Source: Mycobacterium tuberculosis H37Rv (GTDB lineage Bacteria; Actinomycetota; Actinomycetes; Mycobacteriales; Mycobacteriaceae). From it: a DNA stretch of 32,000 bases. Numbering within the stretch: position 1 is the first letter of the stretch; each line of letters opens with the position of its first letter. A model generated the notes under the pieces. It was not told the DNA's origin. It was given only the letters and a program-made list of their open reading frames with translations, and searched no databases. The translations under genes and the position numbers were made by a program. Positions 9,419-22,084 of this stretch are shown here, piece after piece. The DNA is taken from positions 3,390,001 through 3,422,000 of the forward strand of contig NC_000962.3 of the NCBI RefSeq assembly GCF_000195955.2, written 5' to 3'.

Positions 9419-10183
9419 CTAACGGCCGCCCCGGTCACCCTTGCTGCCACCACCTTGACCAGCGGCGAACACCTCGACATAGCGCCGACGCTCAGCGGCG
9501 ATCCGCTCGGCCGGCGCCAGCTCGTAGACGTCGCTGATCCCGGCTTTGGCCGCGGCCAGCGCGTGCGGCGGGCCGTCAAGAAAGCGCCTCGCCCAGGCCG
9601 CCGCGGCGTCGTAAACGTCGTCGGGGGCCACCATGTCGTCGATCAGGCCCAGCGCCAAGGCCTCCTCGGCGTCGAAGAAGCGCCCGCTGAACACCAGCTC
9701 CTTGGCTCTGCTCGGACCGGCCGCACGGGTCAGCCGGGCCATTCCGTCGCCGCTGGGGATCAGGCCGGCCAGGATCTCGGTCGCGCCGAATTTCACGTTG
9801 TCACCGCTGACTCGCCAATCGGCGGCTAGGGCCAGCGTAAGGCCGGCACCCAACGCGTATCCGGTGATGGCGGCCACGGTCGGCTTGGGGATCGCCGCAA
9901 CGGCGTCGACGGCCTGCTGCCGAATCCGGGCGGCGGTGTCGGCCTCCTGCGCGCTCAATGTCCGCAGTTCGGGCATGTCGTCGCCGGCGGAGAAGATTTC
10001 GTGGCCGCCATACAGGATCACTGCGGCCACGTCGTCGCGTCGCCCCAGCTCGTTGGCCGCGGCGACCACTTCCCGGTAGACCTGGCGGGTCATCGCGTTG
10101 GTAGGCGGTCGCGATAGGAGCAACATGGCCAGGCCGGCATCCTGGGAGCCGTCACTGACCACGACGTTGACGAACTCGGGCAC
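9419..10183 (-). CDS. echA17: Enoyl-CoA hydratase/isomerase family
   Basis: Crotonase fold signatures ([52 protein letters not shown]). Confidence 0.9.
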
Positions 10184-10191
10184 CGTTGGCG

Positions 10192-11058
10192 TCACAGCGG
10201 CCACCCGGTCGATCCGCCCGATCTCCGGGCCTGGTTATAGCGGTCGGAATCGAAGAACTCGATCTCCCAGTTGTCGCCGTTGCGGGCCAGCTGTGGCTGC
10301 ACCGGGACGATTTGGCGTTCGACGGCCAGCACGTCGGCAACGGTATGACCGGCCAGCGAGTCCAGTTGCGTCCAGGTCGGCGGCAGCAAGAAGTTGCGGC
10401 CGGCGGCGAAGTCGGCGATAGCGTCGGCTGGCAACACCCAACCAGCCCGGTCGGATTCGGTGTTCTCGCCGTCGGCGCGCTGACCTTCAGGTAGGGCACC
10501 CACAAAGAAGTAGGTGTCGTAGCGCCGGGTCAGTTCGGCCTCCGGGGTGACCCAGTTGGCCCAGGGCCGTAGCAGGTCGGATCGCAGCACCAGCTTTTCC
10601 CGCTGCAGGAAGTCCGCGAAGGACAGCGTCCGGTCGGCCAGTGCGCGACGCGCGTCGCCGTACACCGAGGCATCCGAGACGATGCTGTTCGGTGCCGAAT
10701 GGTCCTGATCGACCGGCCCGGCGAATAGCACCCCCGACTCCTCGAACGTCTCGCGGGCCGCCGCGCAGACCAAGGCTTCGGCGAGATCAGGCTCGATGCC
10801 GAACCGCTGCGCCCACCACTGCGGCGGCGGACCGGCCCATGCCCCCAGCCGGCCCAAGTCGGCGTCGCGGTCGCGGTCGTCGACTCCCCCGCCGGGAAAC
10901 ACCATTACCCCGGCGGCGAAATCCATCGCAGCGTGCCGCCGCATCAAGAAGACGGCCAGACCGGACGCTGATCCGGCGTCCGGGTCGCGGACCAACATCA
11001 CGGTCGCCGCCGGCCTCGGTGTAGGCGGGGGTACCAGTGGCTCGCGAGGTGAATTCAT
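10192..11058 (-). CDS. Nudix hydrolase, NUDT19-like split Nudix box (Rv3040c-like)
   Basis: [11 protein letters not shown] ... [20 protein letters not shown]. 288 aa from [11 protein letters not shown]. Confidence 0.87.
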
Positions 11059-11918
11059 GACTGTCTCCGATGGGCTGCTCGGCTGCGACGCCGTCGGGCG
11101 AAATATCGCCCGTCGGCCACCTCCAGCGTGATCTCCTGGCCAAACGCGGTGGACAGGTTCTCGGCGGTCAGCGCGTCGGGAAGCAAGCCCGCGGCAACCA
11201 CCCGGGCCTCCGACAGCAGCAGGCAATGGCTGAAGCCGGGCGGAATCTCCTCGACGTGGTGGGTGACCAGAACCAGCGCGGGCGCGTCAGGGTCGGCTGC
11301 CAGGTCGGCCAGCCGGGCGACCAATTCCTCTCGGCCACCTAAGTCCAGGCCGGCGGCGGGTTCGTCGAGCAGCAGCAGCTCTGGATCTGTCATCAAAGCC
11401 CGCGCAATCAGCACTCGCTTGCGCTCGCCCTCCGACAGTGTTCCGTATGTGCGGTTGGCCAAATGCTCAGCGCCCAGGCTCTCCAGCATGTCGATCGCGC
11501 GGTGGTAGTCGACGGCCTCGTAGCGCTCGCGCCACCGGCCCAACACTGCATAGCCGGCGGAGACGACAAGATCGCGGACGCGTTCGTCGCCGGGCACCCG
11601 CTCCGCCAGCGCCGAGGAACTGAGCCCGACCCGAGCACGCAGTTCCGAGACGTCAACCCGGCCTAGCCGCTCACCGAGCACAAAGGCCACCCCCGACGAC
11701 GGATGCTCAGCCGCGGCGGCAATGCGCAGCAATGACGTCTTGCCGGCCCCGTTGGGGCCGACGATCACCCAGCGTTCGTCGAGTTCGACCGCCCAATCCA
11801 GCGGGCCGACCAGCGTGCGCCCATTACGGCGCAGGGACACGTTTCGGAAGTCGATCAGCAGGTCGGGGTCAGCCGCATCAGGGCCGCCGTTGTCGAGCAC
11901 CCGACTATCGTGCCGCAT
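11055..11918 (-). CDS. ABC transporter ATP-binding protein (Rv3041c-like)
   Basis: Walker A GPNGAGKTS, signature LSEGERKR, Walker B LLLLDEPAAGLD; 4-bp overlap with the downstream Nudix gene. Confidence 0.92.
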   Translation of the reverse strand: MRHDSRVLDNGGPDAADPDLLIDFRNVSLRRNGRTLVGPLDWAVELDERWVIVGPNGAGKTSLLRIAAAAEHPSSGVAFVLGERLGRVDVSELRARVGLSSSALAERVPGDERVRDLVVSAGYAVLGRWRERYEAVDYHRAIDMLESLGAEHLANRTYGTLSEGERKRVLIARALMTDPELLLLDEPAAGLDLGGREELVARLADLAADPDAPALVLVTHHVEEIPPGFSHCLLLSEARVVAAGLLPDALTAENLSTAFGQEITLEVADGRYFARRRRSRAAHRRQS

Positions 11919-11932
11919 GCTCCGCGAGCAAC

Positions 11933-14978
<3,046 letters not shown>

Positions 14979-15135
14979 TTAGCCCTCGATCAGGCTGGCG
15001 GCAGGCCTGGTCCTACAAACCGTCGTAAATGCCAGACTCCGCCGGCGGGCCGTTGCAGACCAACGCTTTCCGCCCGCGCGAATCGGGGTCGACGGCTGGC
15101 CGAGTGCTACCGTCGAACGCGTGCTGTCCGGCGGG

Positions 15136-16215
15136 ATGCGATCCACTGTTGCTGTCGCCGTAGCGGCAGCCGTGATCGCAGCGTCCAGTGGTTGCGGCTC
15201 CGATCAACCGGCCCATAAGGCGTCACAATCGATGATCACGCCCACCACCCAGATCGCCGGCGCCGGGGTGCTGGGAAACGACAGAAAGCCGGATGAGTCG
15301 TGCGCGCGTGCGGCGGCCGCGGCCGATCCGGGGCCACCGACCCGACCAGCGCACAATGCGGCGGGAGTCAGCCCGGAGATGGTGCAGGTGCCGGCGGAGG
15401 CGCAGCGCATCGTGGTGCTCTCCGGTGACCAGCTCGACGCGCTGTGCGCGCTGGGCCTGCAATCGCGGATCGTCGCCGCCGCGTTGCCGAACAGCTCCTC
15501 AAGTCAACCTTCCTATCTGGGCACGACCGTGCATGATCTGCCCGGTGTCGGTACTCGCAGCGCCCCCGACCTGCGCGCCATTGCGGCGGCTCACCCGGAT
15601 CTGATCCTGGGTTCGCAGGGTTTGACGCCGCAGTTGTATCCGCAGCTGGCGGCGATCGCCCCGACGGTGTTTACCGCGGCACCGGGCGCGGACTGGGAAA
15701 ATAACCTGCGTGGTGTCGGTGCCGCCACGGCCCGTATCGCCGCGGTGGACGCGCTGATCACCGGGTTCGCCGAACACGCCACCCAGGTCGGGACCAAGCA
15801 TGACGCGACCCACTTCCAAGCGTCGATCGTGCAGCTGACCGCCAACACCATGCGGGTATACGGCGCCAACAACTTCCCGGCCAGCGTGCTGAGCGCGGTC
15901 GGCGTCGACCGACCGCCGTCTCAACGGTTCACCGACAAGGCCTACATCGAGATCGGCACCACGGCCGCCGACCTGGCGAAATCACCGGACTTCTCGGCGG
16001 CCGACGCCGATATCGTCTACCTGTCGTGCGCGTCGGAAGCAGCCGCGGAACGCGCGGCCGTCATCCTGGATAGCGACCCATGGCGCAAGCTGTCCGCCAA
16101 CCGTGACAACCGGGTCTTCGTCGTCAACGACCAGGTATGGCAGACCGGCGAGGGTATGGTCGCTGCCCGCGGCATTGTCGATGATCTGCGCTGGGTCGAC
16201 GCGCCGATCAACTAG
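15136..16215 (+). CDS. fecB: Periplasmic iron/siderophore-binding lipoprotein
   Basis: Lipoprotein signal ...VIAASSGCGSD; class III SBP fold (VVLSGDQLDALCALGLQSRIVAAA). Confidence 0.92.
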   Translation: MRSTVAVAVAAAVIAASSGCGSDQPAHKASQSMITPTTQIAGAGVLGNDRKPDESCARAAAAADPGPPTRPAHNAAGVSPEMVQVPAEAQRIVVLSGDQLDALCALGLQSRIVAAALPNSSSSQPSYLGTTVHDLPGVGTRSAPDLRAIAAAHPDLILGSQGLTPQLYPQLAAIAPTVFTAAPGADWENNLRGVGAATARIAAVDALITGFAEHATQVGTKHDATHFQASIVQLTANTMRVYGANNFPASVLSAVGVDRPPSQRFTDKAYIEIGTTAADLAKSPDFSAADADIVYLSCASEAAAERAAVILDSDPWRKLSANRDNRVFVVNDQVWQTGEGMVAARGIVDDLRWVDAPIN

Positions 16216-16284
16216 TGAGGCGCAGCGCTAGGCTTTGGGATACCCACAGCTAAAAAGTTAATCAAAGAAACGAAGAGGGTTGCC

Positions 16285-17325
16285 ATGAGCACTGTTGCCG
16301 CCTACGCCGCCATGTCGGCGACCGAACCCCTGACCAAGACCACGATCACCCGTCGCGACCCGGGCCCGCACGACGTGGCGATCGACATCAAGTTCGCCGG
16401 AATCTGTCACTCGGACATCCATACCGTCAAAGCCGAGTGGGGCCAACCGAATTACCCTGTGGTCCCTGGCCACGAGATCGCCGGCGTGGTGACCGCCGTG
16501 GGCTCGGAGGTGACCAAGTACCGGCAGGGCGACCGCGTTGGGGTTGGCTGTTTCGTGGACTCGTGCCGCGAGTGCAACAGTTGCACGCGCGGCATCGAAC
16601 AGTACTGCAAGCCGGGCGCAAACTTCACCTACAACTCGATCGGCAAAGACGGCCAGCCAACCCAGGGCGGCTACAGCGAAGCGATCGTCGTCGACGAAAA
16701 CTACGTGTTGCGCATACCCGACGTGCTGCCCCTGGATGTGGCGGCGCCGCTGTTGTGCGCGGGCATCACGCTGTACTCGCCACTGCGCCACTGGAATGCC
16801 GGGGCGAACACGCGGGTGGCGATCATCGGCCTAGGCGGACTGGGTCACATGGGCGTCAAGCTGGGCGCCGCGATGGGCGCCGACGTGACGGTGCTGTCCC
16901 AATCGCTGAAGAAAATGGAGGACGGTCTGCGCTTGGGGGCCAAGAGCTACTACGCGACCGCCGACCCGGACACCTTCCGCAAGCTGCGCGGCGGCTTCGA
17001 CCTGATCCTGAACACCGTCTCGGCTAACTTGGACCTCGGCCAGTACCTGAACCTGCTGGACGTCGACGGCACACTCGTGGAACTGGGTATCCCCGAGCAC
17101 CCCATGGCCGTGCCGGCGTTCGCGCTAGCGCTCATGCGACGCAGCCTGGCCGGGTCCAACATCGGCGGGATCGCCGAGACCCAGGAGATGCTCAATTTCT
17201 GTGCCGAGCACGGCGTGACACCCGAAATCGAGCTGATTGAACCGGACTACATCAACGACGCCTACGAGCGCGTGCTGGCCAGCGACGTGCGCTACCGCTT
17301 CGTCATCGACATCTCAGCCCTGTGA
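16285..17325 (+). CDS. adhC: Zinc-dependent (NADP) alcohol dehydrogenase
   Basis: [22 protein letters not shown], structural-zinc Cys cluster [28 protein letters not shown]; GAGGG upstream of ATG. Confidence 0.94.
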
Positions 17326-17688
17326 GGCCGGTGCGCGATCACTTCCGGATTCGGACTCGCCGACGTCGACGCCGGCCAGCGGCCATCCGGCGGCGGCCAG
17401 GATGCCTGCCACCCGTTGGATGTTTTCCGGTCCGGCGTCGTGATGGGTCACCTCGGAGATGAACTCGGCGATCTCGTCGCGGTCGATCACACGGTCCGCC
17501 ACGGCGGGCGACCCGTTCTCGGTGAAGTGGCGCACCACCTCCCCGATCTGCTCCTCGGTCAGCGGGGTGCTGCGCAATAGCGACAGCAGCGCCACCCGGT
17601 CCGGCCCGGGGACGCCCTCGGGGTAGCCAACCTGAAGCCAGCGCAGCACCGAACGGAAGAAATGCGGGTGCGAGAACGTTTTCGTCAC
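17314..17688 (-). CDS. Conserved hypothetical protein (Rv3046c-like)
   Basis: 124-aa ORF with coherent sequence, convergent with adhC (12-bp overlap). Confidence 0.8.
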
Positions 17689-17843
17689 CCCACCAGTCTC
17701 AAGGTTTCGACATCACTCGCGCCAGTGTGGTGCGGCGCGATTCAGACAATTCACGAGGCGTTCACCACGATCGCGAGCCCATGGACCCATGAGCCCGTGA
17801 CATTCTGCAGCGTCGTCTAGCGGGACGGCAACGACGAACTGGG

Positions 17844-17877
17844 TTTTCACCCCGCTCGATTTTTCACCCCGCTCGAT
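17844..17877. repeat. Exact 17-bp tandem duplication TTTTCACCCCGCTCGAT x2
   Basis: Direct reading: ttttcaccccgctcgat|ttttcaccccgctcgat|tag. Confidence 0.95.
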
Positions 17878-18021
17878 TAGGTGGCGTTTGGCAAGCTGGC
17901 TCGCGCGCTGCGGGGCAAGGCCATCTGGCGTTGCGCTGTCACGCGCTGGAGTGCCCTCGTGAGAAATGACCGGCCCCGGGCAGCGGACGTCGACGGTGTC
18001 AGGCCGGCCAGTCGCCGCGGG

Positions 18022-18318
18022 TCAAAGAGCTTGGCGTGACGCTCCACCGGTAGCTATCGGATTCCAGAAGCTTGGGCAGCCAATTGTCCCAGGTGCCAGT
18101 CGCGCCGCCAGCGGTATGCACCGCGGTACGCGCGGCAACAAACGCCTTGTGACGAGCGCGTCCGAGCGGTCATCGGCCTCCACCGTCATGCACAGCTCCT
18201 TCTCCAGGTCTACGCCGACGTCGCGGTCCACATTGGTGAGCTTGGCGAATGCCTCGGCAACCTCGTCGAAATGCGCCTCCGCGTCCGCATCGAACGGTCC
18301 GCCCATGTCAAAGATCAA
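18022..18318 (-). CDS. Small hypothetical protein (Rv3047c-like); 3' half looks frameshifted
   Basis: 98-aa ORF (TTG start; ATG at 18306). N-terminal half protein-like, C-terminal half looks like an out-of-frame reading; see finding. Confidence 0.6.
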   Translation of the reverse strand: MIFDMGGPFDADAEAHFDEVAEAFAKLTNVDRDVGVDLEKELCMTVEADDRSDALVTRRLLPRVPRCIPLAARLAPGTIGCPSFWNPIATGGASRQAL

Positions 18319-18403
18319 CTCGACGTAGTAGCTAGTTACCGCATCAGGTCAGTGTTTGCTGGCCTCGGAGTCCGGCCGAACAATGGCCCATTTTCCCGCG
18401 ACT

Positions 18404-19390
<987 letters not shown>

Positions 19391-19425
19391 TCACCAGGAC
19401 AACAAGCTGCCTTGCTAGGCCTCAA

Positions 19426-19473
19426 ACACTACCCCTGGGGTCCGACAAGGTACTGCAACACAAGAAGTTGTGT
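19426..19473. promoter_or_regulatory. Candidate pair of NrdR boxes upstream of nrdF2
   Basis: ACACTACCCCTGGGGT (19426-19441) and ACACAAGAAGTTGTGT (19458-19473), 16-bp linker, 32-bp start-to-start; second site is close to the known 16-bp NrdR palindrome. Confidence 0.7.
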
Positions 19474-19508
19474 TTGCGTGTCGCGAATCCGCTCGCCTGT
19501 TTCGCCGG

Positions 19509-21083
19509 CTAGTTCGCCGCAGCGACCGTCGCGCGGTCGCTCGACAAACCGTTGCCGATCCCGAAGAACCGGTACTCGGCGGGGTTGACCGAGCGGGTGG
19601 TCAGCCAGTATTGCCAGGTGTAGCCGCACCAGAGCACGGTGTTCTTGCCGTGCTCGTCGAGATACCAGCTGCGGCAGCCGCCACTGTTCCACACCGACCC
19701 AGCCAGCCTGCGCTGCAGCTCCTGGTTGAACCGGTCTTGCGCCTCGCGGGTGGGGGCCAGCGCTTGCACGCCCATCCGGTCGCATTTCGCGATCGCATCG
19801 GCCACGTAATGGATCTGCGATTCGATCATGAACACCACGGAGTTGTGTCCCAGCCCAGTGTTCGGCCCCAGCAGGAAGAACAGGTTGGGCATGTTGGCGA
19901 CGGTGATCCCGCGGTGTGCACCGATGCCCTCACGGTTCCAGCGGTCGACCAGGTCCTCGCCGTGACGCCCCTTGATCTGCACATAGGTATAGGAGTCGGT
20001 GACGTGGAAGCCGGTGGCGTACACGATCACATCGGCTTCCCGGAAGACCTCACGGCCAGTGCCGTCGGCGGTGACGATCCCGTCGTGCGTGATCCGGTCG
20101 ATGCGGTCGGTGATCAGTTCGGTCTTCGGGTCCGCCACCGCGGGGTAATAGGTAGAGGAGTTCAGGATCCGTTTGCAGCCGATGCGATACCGCGGCGTCA
20201 GCTTGCGCCGCAGCTCGCGATCCTTCACCGATCGACGAATATTGTATTTGGCATAGGCCTCGATGATCTTCAACGTGTTGGGCCGCTTGGTCATGCCGTA
20301 GGCCAGCGCCTCCTGGGCCCAGTAGATGCCGAGGCGCAACAGTGCCCGTAGCCCGGGGACGGTTCGCAACGCCCGGCGCAGCGACACCGGCAGCTCTTCG
20401 TTGGTGCGCGGGACCACCCACGGCGGGGTGCGCTGATAGAGCTGAAGTTCGGCGACCTGGCCGACGATCTCGGGCACGATCTGGATCGCGCTGGCACCGG
20501 TCCCGACGATCGCCACCCGCTTGCCGGTCAGGTCGATACTGTGGTCCCACTGGGCGGAATGGAAAGCGGGGCCGGCGAATTCGTCGCGACCTGCGATCTC
20601 GGGGAAGGACGGGATGTGCAACGCACCGGCCCCGGAGATCAGGAACTGCGCGACGTATTCACGCCCGTCGGCGGTGAACACGTGCCAGCGGCATTCGTCG
20701 TCGTCCCAGTAGCCGCGATCGACGAGCGAATTGAACTCGATGTAGCGGCGCAGGCCGTACTTGTCGGTGACCCCTTTGAGGTAGCCCAAGATTTCGTCCC
20801 AGTAGGAAAACAGGTGTTTCCAGTCCGCCTTGGGCTCGAACGAGAAGGAGTACAGGTGCGACGGGATGTCGCACGCGCAGCCGGGGTAGGTGTTGTCGCG
20901 CCAGGTGCCGCCGACGTCGTCGGCTTTCTCCAATATGACGAAGTCCACTCCTTGCTTTTGCAGTGCGATGGCCATGCCCAAACCGGAGAATCCGGTTCCG
21001 ATGATGACGGCGCGGGTACGTACCGGCGGCTGGTTGGCCGGGCTTGGCGTGGACGGCTTGGCAGCCGTATCGGCAATGCTCAC
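19509..21083 (-). CDS. Flavin-containing / Baeyer-Villiger-type monooxygenase (Rv3049c-like)
   Basis: Rossmann motif VIIGTGFSGLGMA, BVMO-like fingerprint FAGPAFHSAQWDHS, second Rossmann VAIVGTGASAIQI. Confidence 0.92.
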   Translation of the reverse strand: MSIADTAAKPSTPSPANQPPVRTRAVIIGTGFSGLGMAIALQKQGVDFVILEKADDVGGTWRDNTYPGCACDIPSHLYSFSFEPKADWKHLFSYWDEILGYLKGVTDKYGLRRYIEFNSLVDRGYWDDDECRWHVFTADGREYVAQFLISGAGALHIPSFPEIAGRDEFAGPAFHSAQWDHSIDLTGKRVAIVGTGASAIQIVPEIVGQVAELQLYQRTPPWVVPRTNEELPVSLRRALRTVPGLRALLRLGIYWAQEALAYGMTKRPNTLKIIEAYAKYNIRRSVKDRELRRKLTPRYRIGCKRILNSSTYYPAVADPKTELITDRIDRITHDGIVTADGTGREVFREADVIVYATGFHVTDSYTYVQIKGRHGEDLVDRWNREGIGAHRGITVANMPNLFFLLGPNTGLGHNSVVFMIESQIHYVADAIAKCDRMGVQALAPTREAQDRFNQELQRRLAGSVWNSGGCRSWYLDEHGKNTVLWCGYTWQYWLTTRSVNPAEYRFFGIGNGLSSDRATVAAAN

Positions 21084-21216
21084 AATGGATCGGTCTTCCT
21101 GTTCAGCGGCGAGTTTGGCGCTTCAGTCACCCTCGCCGGCGCAAATACCCAGTACCCAGGGTATCGGATATGACGAGTGTTGTTGATTGCCGCAGCGATG
21201 TCAACGGCCGCCGCGC

Positions 21217-21957
21217 TCAACGCACGGCGGGATTGTTGGGTACCGCGTCGTGGATCGGTTGGTCAGGGTCGACCGCGATGCCCAGCGCTTCGGCGGTGCC
21301 GACGATCACGCCCATCATGATGGTGGTCAGATGCGCCACGAACTGCTCACGCGGCATGCGGCGCGGGCTGTCGGGTTCGGGGCCCAACCACCACTCGGTT
21401 GCCGATGCGGCCGATCCGAACGCCGCGAATGCGGCGAGTTCGAGCGCGGCTCGATTCAGCTCCATCTCGCGCAGCTCGTTGTTGAACATCTCGGCCATGG
21501 CCAGCGTGATCTCCCGGCCTTCGTTGAGGGTGCGTACCGTCGCCTCGGACTGCTTTGCCGAGCGGCCCTGAATGAACACCCGCAGCACGTTGGGGTGCTG
21601 GTCGACGAGGTTGACGTACTCCTCGACGCTGCGCCGGATAACTTCGCGGGCAGAGTCGGTGGCTAAGTCGAGCGACGGGAAGATCGCCGCCCACAGCATG
21701 TCACGCAGTCGCATCCCGATAGCCTCGAGCAAATCGGACTTGTCGGTGAAATGCCGATAGATCTTGGGCTTGGCGGTGCCGGCCTCTTCGGCGATTTGGC
21801 GCACACTCAGCTCGGGGCCCAGCCGGTCGATAGCGCGGAACGCCGCGTCGACGATTTCGTTGCGCACCTTCTTGCGGTGCTCACGCCACCGTTCACTGCG
21901 GGCGTCGACTTTCACCCCCGGCTTTGCACTGGGGTGGGGTCGGGGGATTCTGACCAC
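21217..21957 (-). CDS. TetR/AcrR-family transcriptional regulator (Rv3050c-like)
   Basis: N-terminal HTH region VDAAFRAIDRLGPELSVRQIAEEAGTAKPKIYRHFTDKSDLL. Confidence 0.88.
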   Translation of the reverse strand: MVRIPRPHPSAKPGVKVDARSERWREHRKKVRNEIVDAAFRAIDRLGPELSVRQIAEEAGTAKPKIYRHFTDKSDLLEAIGMRLRDMLWAAIFPSLDLATDSAREVIRRSVEEYVNLVDQHPNVLRVFIQGRSAKQSEATVRTLNEGREITLAMAEMFNNELREMELNRAALELAAFAAFGSAASATEWWLGPEPDSPRRMPREQFVAHLTTIMMGVIVGTAEALGIAVDPDQPIHDAVPNNPAVR

Positions 21958-22084
21958 ATCAAGCACCTTACCGCGTTGCAAGCGCTGACCTGGGCAGACT
22001 GGCCACGCCAGGCTTGGTTGAATGTGAGGTTCACGACGCGACACGCCGCGAAGCCGTCGCCACTTTCACTCTGGCGCGCCGGTG

